This document shows positions 1 through 12,098 of a stretch of 31,622 nt of DNA, piece after piece; positions within the stretch are counted from its first letter, which is position 1; the number at the start of each line of letters is the position of its first letter. The stretch is from a bacterium. GTDB lineage: Bacteria > Hinthialibacterota > Hinthialibacteria > Hinthialibacterales > Hinthialibacteraceae. The notes beneath the pieces are model-generated. The model was not told the origin of the DNA and did no database searches. It saw only the letters and a program-made list of their open reading frames with translations. Made by a program: the position numbers and the translations under genes. The stretch covers positions 1-31,622 of the forward strand of contig JBHGBC010000055.1 of the NCBI GenBank assembly GCA_041946805.1, written 5' to 3'.

Positions 1-175
1 CTCTATTGGTAAGTTACACGGAATGAAATATATACTGAAAATATTTTAAAATTACACACTCAAGATCCGGGGCAGGGAGAGGGAATTCGGAAGCACGGAC
101 CTGGGTGTCCGCCTGGATAATGGAAGTGAATAGACGATCTTTTTCACCCTCCCGTGCACGTTAACCGGTTAAGCC
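1..175 (+). mobile_element. Degenerate family-A MITE remnant
   Basis: GGGAGAGGGAATT, CGGACCTGGGTGTCCGCC, CTTTTTCACC and GTGCACGTTAACCGGTTAAGCC are collinear with 13590-13695. Confidence 0.5.
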
Positions 176-261
176 GTACCCCGTATCTTTCTCCCCAGGG
201 ACGGCTTGGTCTCACGAAGCCTTCCCGCGGGTGATATCCTCGGATGACAGGTGGGGAAATA

Positions 262-2829
<2,568 letters not shown>

Positions 2830-2905
2830 GTAATTACCCTGTGCTTTTATCTTGTTCCTTAAATTAACGTATCACCGGGCCGCGGGTGATGGCCGCAAAA
2901 CCATT

Positions 2906-2914
2906 ATTATAGCA
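2906..2914 (-). promoter_or_regulatory. Putative extended -10 promoter for secA
   Basis: Minus strand reads TGCTATAAT (TGnTATAAT), about 75 nt upstream of the secA ATG. Confidence 0.45.
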
Positions 2915-3082
2915 CAATCAATGGATTATACCGCAGACGCCCGGGATTCACCCGGTCCCGGGGAGATTAAGTCCCTGATTCCGCTTGACTACTATCGTAT
3001 CCCGGGGAATGGGGTACAATGGTACGGCGGCCGGATTTCTCCCGGGAACTGCTTCCTGAATCCAACGATTGGGGTGTTGACG

Positions 3083-3694
3083 ATGACGCAAGCGCGGGGC
3101 GTGCCGATCGTGATATCCGGCCCCTCGGGCGTGGGCAAGGGGACGGTGATCGCGCGGCTGCGGGAACGCCGCCCGGAACTGGTGCTGTCGATATCGATGA
3201 CCACCCGTCCTCCCCGTCCGGGCGAAAGTGACGGGCAGGATTATTTTTTCGTCTCACCCCCGCGGTTCGAGGAAGCGATCCACAATCAGGAACTGGTGGA
3301 ATGGGCGCGGGTGTACGCGCATTACTATGGCACGCCAAAATCCTTCCTGGAGCAGGTGTGTTCCGGGGGCCGGGATGTGATCCTCGACATCGACACGCAG
3401 GGGGCGGCCGCCATCCGCTCGATATATCCCGAGGGAATCTTGATTTACATGATGCCCCCGTCCTTGGACGAATTGCGCCGGCGGCTGTTTTCCCGGGCCA
3501 AGGGCGCCGGCGACGACCTGGAATACCGCCTGGCCCAGGCCCGGCGCGAGTTCCGATTCCTGGGATTCTACGATTACCTGGTAATCAACGACGGCGCCGA
3601 GGCCGCGGCGGACCGGTTGTACCACATCGTCATGGCCGCCCGCCTGCGGCGGGAACGGACCGAACCCGATCTGCGGGCAAGGGGGATTCTGTAA
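3083..3694 (+). CDS. gmk: Guanylate kinase
   Basis: ISGPSGVGKGT P-loop, SISMTTRPPRPGESDGQDYFF, HYYGT, ILDIDTQG. Start set at ATG 3083, just before the conserved domain. Confidence 0.97.
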   Translation: MTQARGVPIVISGPSGVGKGTVIARLRERRPELVLSISMTTRPPRPGESDGQDYFFVSPPRFEEAIHNQELVEWARVYAHYYGTPKSFLEQVCSGGRDVILDIDTQGAAAIRSIYPEGILIYMMPPSLDELRRRLFSRAKGAGDDLEYRLAQARREFRFLGFYDYLVINDGAEAAADRLYHIVMAARLRRERTEPDLRARGIL

Positions 3695-3947
3695 GTCCTG
3701 TTGAGTTTTCGTAAAGAATGATTTCTGAAACGCGGATTTTTCTGTTCTGAGTCAACGGCGCGGGATGCGCAGAGCCCAGGGCGTAAGTTCCGAGACGAGA
3801 GGGCCCCAAACTTGAATTCCCTCTCCCTCTGGGAGAGGGTTAGGGTGAGGGAAGCCCGGTAAGGGCGCCAAAGGGACTCTCCACACCAGCAATCAACGAA
3901 TCCATTTGGGTATTTTTCGGCTACGCTGGGAACAACTCAACAGAACC
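3694..3947. mobile_element. MITE-like element, family B (TIR-bounded, flanked by TA)
   Basis: Left end AGTCCTGTTGAGTT matches the reverse complement of the right end, GGTTCTGTTGAGTT, at 12/14 positions. TA lies on both sides. Contains hairpin A at 3819-3851. Related left ends occur at 21471 and 25042. Confidence 0.65.
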
Positions 3948-4009
3948 TAGGTTATCGGACAGCCAATTCGGAATGTCATGGATCCCTGCCCAGTGAGTGA
4001 CGAAAAACC

Positions 4010-4954
4010 ATGCCCTCGACACCCTTAGGCGTTATCTATTCGGAGCGGTTCAAGGAACACGACACCGGGCGGCATGTGGAAAACGCCCACCGCATGGACG
4101 CCATCGTTTCCTTGCTGAAAAAATCACTGCCCCCGATGGCCGTTACCTGGATGGATCCGCGGCTTGCGAGTGAGGAAGAACTGGCCTGGATCCATAAAAA
4201 ATCCTACATCCAGTCGATCAAGGAGCTCGCGGCGCGGGGGGGAGGCGCGGTGGACCCGGACACAATCGTCTCTCCCGCCTCGTTCGAGATCGCCCGCCTG
4301 TCCGCGGGGGCCGGATTTACGGGTTTGGACGCCATTTTTCACAAAAAAAACCGCCGGGTGTTCGTGGTATCCCGCCCTCCCGGCCATCACGCCCTGCCTT
4401 CCGTGGCGATGGGCTTCTGCCTGTTCAACAACATCGCCCTCGCCGCCCGCTACGCGCAAAAGCGGCACGGGATCGAACGGATCCTGATCCTGGATTGGGA
4501 TATCCATCATGGCAACGGCACCCAGGCGGTGTTCTATGAAGATCCCACGGTGTTTTTCATCTCCACCCATCAGCATCCGCTTTATCCCGGCACGGGATTC
4601 ACCCATGAAACCGGAGAAGGTCCCGGGAAAGGCTTCACCCGCAACCTGCCGTTTCCTCCTCTCACCGATCCGGAGAAAATCATCCAGGCGGTCAAGGAAA
4701 CACTGGACGACGTGGTTCCCCGCTTCAAACCGGATCTTTTACTGATTTCCGCCGGCTTCGACGGCCACCGGGAAGATCCACTCGGCAACTGGCGGCTGGA
4801 AGAGAAACATTACACGGCGCTCACGGACTTGGCGCGGGAGCATGCCAACCGGCACTGCGGAGGCCGCATCGTTTCGTTTTTGGAAGGAGGGTACAACCTG
4901 ACCGCCCTGGCGAATTCCTGCCTGACGCATTGCCAATCCCTGCTGGAAAAATGA
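4010..4954 (+). CDS. Histone deacetylase / AcuC-family Zn-dependent amidohydrolase
   Basis: RPPGHH, GFCLFNN, DWDIHHGNGTQ, SAGFD and LEGGY motifs. Confidence 0.95.
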   Translation: MPSTPLGVIYSERFKEHDTGRHVENAHRMDAIVSLLKKSLPPMAVTWMDPRLASEEELAWIHKKSYIQSIKELAARGGGAVDPDTIVSPASFEIARLSAGAGFTGLDAIFHKKNRRVFVVSRPPGHHALPSVAMGFCLFNNIALAARYAQKRHGIERILILDWDIHHGNGTQAVFYEDPTVFFISTHQHPLYPGTGFTHETGEGPGKGFTRNLPFPPLTDPEKIIQAVKETLDDVVPRFKPDLLLISAGFDGHREDPLGNWRLEEKHYTALTDLAREHANRHCGGRIVSFLEGGYNLTALANSCLTHCQSLLEK

Positions 4955-5003
4955 TTCCGCGCTCACCGCCGGGACGCAAAGAACGTGGAAGAAATACATT
5001 TTC

Positions 5004-5157
5004 GGTTCATCCGGTAAGTGCGTACTTTTTATCAAGCATGGCCGGCCGCTTTTCAACCGGTCTGGCCGGAGAGATCAATCCCCAAAATCCCCTCTCCCTC
5101 TGGGAGAGGGTTAGGGTGAGGGAAGTTATGCAGGGGCGGACCTTCGTGTCCGCCCGA
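5004..5157 (+). mobile_element. MITE-like element, family A (3'-truncated copy)
   Basis: Aligns along its length with 13485-13637: GGTTCATCCGGTAAG, hairpin A, then GCAGGGGCGGACC..GTGTCCGCCC. No right TIR is visible. Confidence 0.7.
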
Positions 5158-5194
5158 TGAGACGTACGGAAACATGCCCATACAAGAAACGGCG

Positions 5195-5221
5195 CTGGAT
5201 CCCCGCTTTCGCGGGGATGAC
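5195..5221. repeat. CGTC/GTCAT-type REP hairpin
   Basis: CTGGATCCCCGCTTTCGCGGGGATGAC. Related copies at 9333-9359 and 11862-11888. Confidence 0.8.
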
Positions 5222-5296
5222 ATCTTGATACGAATCACGGGTAAAGATCAGCCCATGGGAAGAGGGAGAAGAAAACACGAACTCCGCTGGCCGGCG

Positions 5297-6634
5297 TCAA
5301 TCCTCCGGCAGGGGCTGTCCCTTGGTTTCCGGCGCGAAGGTGATCGCGATAATCCCCACCACGTATATAAACGCCACGATGCTGCAAGCCAGACGGAAGG
5401 GATTTTCATAACCGGCCAGCAACAGCCAATCCGCCAACGCTCCCATTAACCAGGGAAATGGCGCTGAAATGTAACGCACCGTGTTGTAACAGAATCCGAC
5501 TCCTGTTCCCCGCAGCCGGGTGGGATACAGCTCGGGGAAATAAATGGAATACCCCGCGAAGACCGACAATTGCGCGAAGCCCATCAGGGGCAGCATCCAA
5601 AACGCGTCCCAGGCCGAATTCAGATTATTGAAGACGTAAATCGTTACCCCCAGGCTGAGAATGAAGGAGATCAAGAATGTAGGTTTCCTCCCCCAGCGGG
5701 CGGCAAAGAAAGTGAAGGCGAACATGCCGAAAAACGAGCCGCAATCCTGGAGAGCGGTGGCATTGCCGCGCACCGAGTCCACCAGATGCTGCGGTTCGCC
5801 TTTCAAGGCGGTGGAAATCAACTCGGGAGAGAAAAATCCGACACCCCACAGTCCGGCCATCCCGGCCAAACCCAGAAACATGCCGATGATCGAATGATAG
5901 CGCCAGCGGGGATTCCGAAACAAATCCGACATCGAGCCGACCGGTTTTTGATTGACATCCCCCCGCCGCGACGCCTCCTTGGCCTTGATCCACGGCTCCG
6001 GCTCCCGCAGCACAAACACAATGGGAATGATGAGCAGCGCGGGCAGGATGCCCACGAAGAACAGGATCCGCCAACCCGATAAACCGAACAGGAACTCCGG
6101 GGCGCCCGGCTGAATCTTCGTGCTGATCAGCGATCCCATGATGTTGCCGGTGGCGGACAAGGCTTGCAGCGATCCCAACGCCACCGTGCGGAAACCCGCC
6201 GGCACGCTCTCCGCCACCAGCGTGGTGGCCGCCCCGAACATCCCCCCCACGCCCAATCCGACGAGGAACCGGTACACCATGAATTCCTGCCAGGAGTGCG
6301 CGTAACCCGACAGGCCGGTGAAGCCGGAATAGACCAGCAGGGTGGCCATCATGGTTTTGACCCGGCCGAACTTGTCGCTCATGACCCCGAAGATGATCCC
6401 GCCGGTGGCCCAGCCCACGATCATCGCGGCGGTGGCCATCCCGCCGAAACTCTTGAGCTTGGCCAACCCCTCCGCATTGCCCTGCAAGAGCTCCTTAAGA
6501 GCCGGTTCGCGCGCCAGGGCGAATATCCGCTGGTCCATGCAGTCGAACAACCAGCCGCCGGAGGCGATCAGGACCACCAACCAATGATACGCCGTGACAC
6601 CCTCTAAAACACTGGATTTTTTGATTTGTTCCAC
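5297..6634 (-). CDS. MFS transporter (substrate unknown)
   Basis: About 12 hydrophobic segments, motif A GVMSDKFGRV, YFPELYPTRLRGTG, C-terminal PETKG. GTG start at 6634 (or 6637) follows a GGGAGG RBS. Confidence 0.92.
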   Translation of the reverse strand: MEQIKKSSVLEGVTAYHWLVVLIASGGWLFDCMDQRIFALAREPALKELLQGNAEGLAKLKSFGGMATAAMIVGWATGGIIFGVMSDKFGRVKTMMATLLVYSGFTGLSGYAHSWQEFMVYRFLVGLGVGGMFGAATTLVAESVPAGFRTVALGSLQALSATGNIMGSLISTKIQPGAPEFLFGLSGWRILFFVGILPALLIIPIVFVLREPEPWIKAKEASRRGDVNQKPVGSMSDLFRNPRWRYHSIIGMFLGLAGMAGLWGVGFFSPELISTALKGEPQHLVDSVRGNATALQDCGSFFGMFAFTFFAARWGRKPTFLISFILSLGVTIYVFNNLNSAWDAFWMLPLMGFAQLSVFAGYSIYFPELYPTRLRGTGVGFCYNTVRYISAPFPWLMGALADWLLLAGYENPFRLACSIVAFIYVVGIIAITFAPETKGQPLPED

Positions 6635-7160
6635 CACGTTCCCTCCCAGGCAAACCCCTGGCGGCGAAACAGGCCGCGGCCGCATTCTTGGGGACATCCC
6701 CCCCGATGTCAAGCGGTGCCGGGGAATCCGGTTAACCGGATCGATCCCCAGTGAAGCCAGGAGGGATTCGCCCGGGCCGCGCCCCGCCTTTCGCTTCCGG
6801 GAACGCCGGTTGCCCCGCCACCCGCTCCGCGGCTGTCCCGGCGCGATGAATGGGGGGAAATACGCCCCCGGCCGCCGGGTTACGGCATTGTCAGGAGAAT
6901 ACTTACATCGGTCTATCGAATAATTTATACATATGAATGGAGTTAGGCCTCTCACCCCCCCCGGGGCCGGGGGACGTGTGTCGGAAATTTCCCCTCAAGC
7001 CGGGCAGGGAAAATCATGCGGAAAATTGAGGGATTTCCTGATAGTAATCCGATTGGAATTGGTTTAGGATCACTAAGAATTGAATTATTACGCCATTAAA
7101 TTAATATCACAAATTAGATTAATTTAGTAGAGATTCAGAGGTAGGCACAATTCGGAAATA

Positions 7161-7249
7161 TCAGCCAAAGCCAAACCCGCCGCGAGGCGGGGACGGAAAA
7201 CCACGGATCTCCCTACAGGACGAAGCATCGAGACCGCCGGGTTGCCTGA
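7161..7249 (+). ncRNA. c-di-GMP-I (GEMM-I) riboswitch aptamer
   Basis: P1 UCAG(7161-64) pairs with CUGA(7246-49). Contains GCCAAACCCGCC-GCGA-GGCGGGGACGGAAA (GNRA tetraloop in P2) and P3 CCACGGAUCUC...GAGACCGCCGGGUUGCC. G20-, A47- and C92-equivalent ligand positions are present. Confidence 0.9.
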
Positions 7250-7278
7250 GAAAACAAGGTAATCCGGCGGTTTTGTTT
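7233..7278 (+). terminator. Riboswitch expression-platform intrinsic terminator
   Basis: ACCGCCGGGTTGCCT pairs with AGGTAATCCGGCGGT and is followed by TTTGTTT. The 5' arm overlaps the 3' strands of P3/P1. Confidence 0.85.
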
Positions 7279-7445
7279 CGACATACACCTGGGATGAGGC
7301 CGAGATACGGACTGGAAAGAGTGGGATGCCATCCTTAGACAGGAGGTTGGAAAAGAACCGGGACATTCACCCTTGCGATGCCCTGCGGTTGATGGAATAG
7401 ATGGGCGGTAAAAATAATACAAAAAAAAAGAAAAGGAAAACGATC

Positions 7446-8429
7446 ATGAAAAGCATCCAAAAACTCACGAGAAAGGCCTTGTTCTTGGCCTCGTTCGCCG
7501 TGGTGTTTGCCTCCGTTGGGGTGATGATGAGCGGGGCGGTATGTGAACCAATTGTCTGGGATCTTACTGCAGGGCAAACTATCATCGTAGGTAATGTGTC
7601 GGTGACGAATGATGCAGATAATATCTATGTGACTTACACGCTTGATTATACATTTGAATGTCCAGATGAATTTGGTATTCTTCAACTATTTGATGCTACT
7701 TTTGGGATGCTTCAAATGTGGATAGGGTATGATATCTCTCAAGTACCCGCAAACAAACAAGGCATACCTGTTCCAGGGCAGTTCCCGTATCAATACAATG
7801 CTACCGGTCTAACTGATTTCACATTCACTATCCCATTCAGCGATCTTGGCATTATTGATGTTCAAGAAAAATGTGATTTAGAACTCTATATCGTTACCCA
7901 TGCAGAAGTAGATATGGATTGTGATCTAGAGGAGGGACACGAGACTGCGTGGGGTGGAGACCAGACAGGTGGTGGACCGCGGTGGTGGTTTTATGGGATA
8001 TATACAGTCTGCTGTTACTATGACACTGGTGATTGCTGGGAAGGTGAAACCGCCTGGGCTGCTGGTAGCCGCTATGTCGAGAAAGGCAACTGGGCCATGT
8101 ATGTCCCTTATGAAGGGAATGAGAAAACTGTGGACCTTATCGCTGGCCAATATTATGATGTAGGCGATGTCACGTTCTCCGTGCCGTCGGGTGGCTTGGT
8201 AATTATTACCATTACACTTAACGACAAAGGGCAATTCCAAAATGTTGATGAAAATGTCAAAATCCAGGACTATGCAAGCGCCCCATCCGGCAACCCGAAC
8301 CCTGGAGGATTCATGCATAAGGGTGATGCAACCGGAACTTCATTCAGTATTGATGTGCCAGTTAATAATTTCTACGGCGTACATGTGGATGTCGAACGTA
8401 AAGTAGAGTGCCCTCCTCCAGTTAATTAA
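7446..8429 (+). CDS. Secreted hypothetical protein with two internal repeats (LxAGQ..VG.V / ETAW / PG.F)
   Basis: Signal-peptide-like N-terminus MKSIQKLTRKALFLASFAVVFASVG, AAGGA RBS. Repeats DLTAGQTIIVGNV / DLIAGQYYDVGDV, ETAWGG / ETAWAA, PVPGQF / PNPGGF. Visibly AT-rich. Confidence 0.85.
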   Translation: MKSIQKLTRKALFLASFAVVFASVGVMMSGAVCEPIVWDLTAGQTIIVGNVSVTNDADNIYVTYTLDYTFECPDEFGILQLFDATFGMLQMWIGYDISQVPANKQGIPVPGQFPYQYNATGLTDFTFTIPFSDLGIIDVQEKCDLELYIVTHAEVDMDCDLEEGHETAWGGDQTGGGPRWWFYGIYTVCCYYDTGDCWEGETAWAAGSRYVEKGNWAMYVPYEGNEKTVDLIAGQYYDVGDVTFSVPSGGLVIITITLNDKGQFQNVDENVKIQDYASAPSGNPNPGGFMHKGDATGTSFSIDVPVNNFYGVHVDVERKVECPPPVN

Positions 8430-8481
8430 GCAAGAAAGTAATTCCGTATTGCTTATATTGCATTAATAATCAATAACACTA

Positions 8482-8517
8482 CCCCTGGGAGATTCATATC
8501 TCCCGGGGGTTTTTTCT
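8482..8517 (+). terminator. Rho-independent terminator
   Basis: CCCCTGGGAGAT-TCAT-ATCTCCCGGGGG followed by a T run, about 50 nt after the stop at 8429. Confidence 0.85.
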
Positions 8518-8623
8518 TTCCCTCACCCTGGCCCTCTCCCGAGGGAAGAGGTGATTGTTTTGCGGGGGGGAGTGGTTGGTGGGGGGTTGGATTAATTTTA
8601 CATCCACTCAGGGTGGATCTTCC

Positions 8624-8854
8624 TTACCCGCGTTGGCTGGCATGGAGCACGGTCAGTCCGATGATCGAATCTCCATCGTAACGGACGATCACATCCTCGT
8701 TGGTGAGTTCACTATCCGTGGCCACGCTGGGCTTTTTGAAATTGATGTACAACGTGTCCGCTTCCCGGTCGTAGGATAACCATACCGCGTTATCGGGTAT
8801 TTCTTTCATGGCCGGAATGAGGTTGATATACGATCGAATGTCCGTTATGGCCAT
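8624..8854 (-). CDS. DUF2283-family small protein (TA-associated)
   Basis: Pattern YDREADTLYINF...DVIVRYDGDSIIGLTVLHAS. ATG at 8854 with AAGGA upstream. Confidence 0.85.
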   Translation of the reverse strand: MAITDIRSYINLIPAMKEIPDNAVWLSYDREADTLYINFKKPSVATDSELTNEDVIVRYDGDSIIGLTVLHASQRG

Positions 8855-8878
8855 AGTTGATTCCTTCAATCCTAGGTT

Positions 8879-8917
8879 AATGATGGGTTACGCGCTGGCG
8901 CGCTAACCCATCCTACA
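8879..8917 (-). repeat. GTAG-family REP, copy 1 (identical to 9290-9328)
   Basis: Minus strand reads TGTAG-GATGGGTTAGCGCG-CCAG-CGCGTAACCCATC-ATT. Confidence 0.85.
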
Positions 8918-8920
8918 CAT

Positions 8921-9124
8921 CTAATTCACATACGCTTCCCTCCGTCTCCGGGGAATCGCCTCCAGCCCCTTTTCGGAGCCGCCCAGGCGGGCCAGCCGCT
9001 TGGCGCTTTCCCGGGCGATCAGGGCTTCCAATCCCAGCCGCACCAGGGCCGTTTTTTCCGTGATGCCCGTCAATTGAGAGGCTTTTTGCAATAATTGTTC
9101 TTCGATATTGAGCGTGGTTCTCAT
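8921..9124 (-). CDS. vapB: VapB-family (DUF2191/VapB32-like) antitoxin, no adjacent toxin
   Basis: MRTTLNIEEQLLQKASQLTGITEKTALVRLGLEALIARESAKRLARLGGSE...IPRRR pattern. Confidence 0.85.
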   Translation of the reverse strand: MRTTLNIEEQLLQKASQLTGITEKTALVRLGLEALIARESAKRLARLGGSEKGLEAIPRRRREAYVN

Positions 9125-9162
9125 GATTATCGGCCTCAGCGATATGCGGATTTACATGTATG

Positions 9163-9191
9163 AATATGCTTGATTAATGCATCTTTGGCAA
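9163..9191 (-). promoter_or_regulatory. Putative sigma70 promoter of vapB
   Basis: Minus strand TTGCCA-N17-CATATT, overlapped by ATGCAT/AAGCAT/ATACAT boxes that could be autoregulatory operators. Confidence 0.55.
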
Positions 9192-9289
9192 GAGGGATTG
9201 GGGGAGTGATTTTCACTCACCCTTTATATCACCCGGAAATGAGAGGAGAGATTTTTATCGGAATCAGGATGGTCAAGACACACAGGGAA

Positions 9290-9328
9290 AATGATGGGTT
9301 ACGCGCTGGCGCGCTAACCCATCCTACA
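9290..9328 (-). repeat. GTAG-family REP, copy 2
   Basis: 39/39 identical to 8879-8917. Confidence 0.85.
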
Positions 9329-9332
9329 TTTA

Positions 9333-9359
9333 CTGGATTCCCGCTTTCGCGGGAATGAC
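9333..9359. repeat. CGTC/GTCAT-type REP hairpin
   Basis: CTGGATTCCCGCTTTCGCGGGAATGAC. It differs from 5195-5221 by a compensatory C-G to T-A change. Confidence 0.8.
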
Positions 9360-9407
9360 ATCAAAGGGAGGTGGGAATGTCATAAAACTTGGCAAGGGAT
9401 ATCCCTC

Positions 9408-10814
<1,407 letters not shown>

Positions 10815-10880
10815 GGGTTCCTTCTCGTGGATTCGATTTGGATTTTTGTTTTCTGTTCGTAAGGTGGTTGTAATCGTATT

Positions 10881-11066
10881 CCCTCACCCTATCCCTCTCC
10901 CGGCGGGAGAGGGGATGGTTTTGCGGAAGGGTATGGTAATAAACAGTTACGCTCCTGGGTACATCAGACTTCACTAACGGCTTTGCTTAAACTGGTTTAC
11001 GTCTCTTCTGGCGAACCACTTCTCATTCCGGCTCCCTCTCCCCTCGGGAGAGGGCTGGGGTGAGGG
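10881..11066. repeat. Inverted doublet of hairpin A between hslV and hslU
   Basis: 10881-10913 CCCTCACCCTATCCCTCTCCCGGCGGGAGAGGG and 11034-11066 CCCTCTCCCCTCGGGAGAGGGCTGGGGTGAGGG, in opposite orientations. Confidence 0.85.
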
Positions 11067-11074
11067 AAGGCTTT

Positions 11075-11665
11075 TCACCCCCTCTTTTCCTCTGGCTCGT
11101 CCTTCTCCCGCGGCAGCGATTCCATCACGATGTTGTCGTTGGTGAAAATGCAGATCTCCGCCGCCAGTTTCATCGCTTCCTCGGCGATGCGGCGCAAGGG
11201 GAGGTCGGTGAACTTCAGCAGCGCCTTGGCCGCCGATTGGGCATACGCCCCGCCCGAGCCGATGGCGGTCACCCCGTCGTCGGGCTCAATTACGTCGCCC
11301 GTGCCCGAGATGAGCAGCATGGTCTTTTGATCACACACGATCAGAAGGGCTTCCAGGTGCCGCAGGATCTTGTCCGTGCGCCAGTCCTTGGCCAGTTCGA
11401 CCGCCGAGCGCATCAAGTTGCCTTTATACTCTTCCAACTTGGCCTCGAACTTTTCAAACAGCGTAAACGCGTCCGCCGACGTGCCCGCGAATCCGGCCAG
11501 CACTTCCCCGTCGTACATGCTCCGGACCTTGCGGGCGGTTTTCTTCATGACGGTGTCGCCCAGGGTCACCTGCCCGTCGCCGGCGATCACCACTTCCTCC
11601 CCCCGGCGGATAGCCAGCACCGTCGTGGAATGGATGATTTTGCCTCTCGCGCGCGTGTCTCGCAA
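11075..11665 (-). CDS. hslV: ATP-dependent protease peptidase subunit HslV
   Basis: [10 protein letters not shown] (catalytic Thr), [23 protein letters not shown] start at 11665 follows GGGAGG. Confidence 0.97.
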   Translation of the reverse strand: MRDTRARGKIIHSTTVLAIRRGEEVVIAGDGQVTLGDTVMKKTARKVRSMYDGEVLAGFAGTSADAFTLFEKFEAKLEEYKGNLMRSAVELAKDWRTDKILRHLEALLIVCDQKTMLLISGTGDVIEPDDGVTAIGSGGAYAQSAAKALLKFTDLPLRRIAEEAMKLAAEICIFTNDNIVMESLPREKDEPEEKRG

Positions 11666-11861
11666 CCTCGTATGCCTCCCTGCCGGCCCCGGGCCGGATG
11701 ATTGGATCGATTCCAGACTCTTCGGACGATCATCCCTCGGAAAGATATTGTATCCCGGAAATCCCATAACCGGCATTGGCGTGGAGGCTTTGTGGACATC
11801 CGGTGACCGGGGCGGATTTCGCCCGGTTCGACGGCTCATGCGCAGAAGGATTCCAGGGGAT

Positions 11862-11888
11862 GTCATCCCCGGGAAAGCGGAGATCCAG
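11862..11888. repeat. CGTC/GTCAT-type REP hairpin (opposite orientation)
   Basis: GTCATCCCCGGGAAAGCGGAGATCCAG. Confidence 0.7.
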
Positions 11889-11898
11889 CGCCATTTCC

Positions 11899-11963
11899 TG
11901 TAAGGGGACGTGTAGGGGGATGTGAAGGGGGATGTGTAGGGGCACGTTGCAACGTGCCCCTAC
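11899..11963 (+). repeat. Four 12-bp tandem units ending in a perfect 28-bp GTAG...CTAC palindrome
   Basis: TGTAAGGGGACG TGTAGGGGGATG TGAAGGGGGATG TGTAGGGGCACG. Palindrome GTAGGGGCACGTTGCAACGTGCCCCTAC at 11936-11963. Confidence 0.85.
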
Positions 11964-12098
11964 TTTCCAAAGGGAACCTCTTTTTTCTCTACTCAAATCG
12001 GCTTCCAAGGGATGATTATTCGTCCTGATTTTGGTATTTAATATGTCTCAATCCGAATGGCCATTCATCTCTTCAGGGTAATACCGGAGGAAAAATCC

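Noticed and set aside
4930..5449. Short ORFs over intergenic repeats (e.g. NPLSLWERVRVRE, LDPRFRGDD peptides)
   Set aside because: Translations of REP/MITE sequence, recurring wherever the repeat occurs.
6638..6955. N-terminal extension of the MFS ORF, or an ncRNA in this region
   Set aside because: Low-complexity translation upstream of a good RBS and GTG. No recognisable RNA motif.
7143..7157. Sigma54 promoter before the riboswitch
   Set aside because: GGCAC is present but the -12 TTGC element is absent.
7161..7249. c-AMP-GMP (GEMM-Ib) specificity
   Set aside because: The discriminator position (7170) is G, not A.
7305..7335. Second tandem riboswitch (GAAAGAGTGGGATGC resembles Vc2 P2)
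   Set aside because: No complementary 5' strand, no AAA junctions and no P3.
7326..7400. 24-codon uORF in frame with the downstream gene, ending in TAG (amber readthrough)
   Set aside because: Weak RBS and no pyl genes in the window. The downstream ATG at 7446 has its own RBS and signal peptide.
8879..9328. 39-bp direct repeats as a CRISPR array or integron attC sites
   Set aside because: Only two copies with a 372-bp gap and no cas genes. The arm order is GTT...AAC rather than the attC AAC...GTT. The GTAG-plus-hairpin layout fits a REP.
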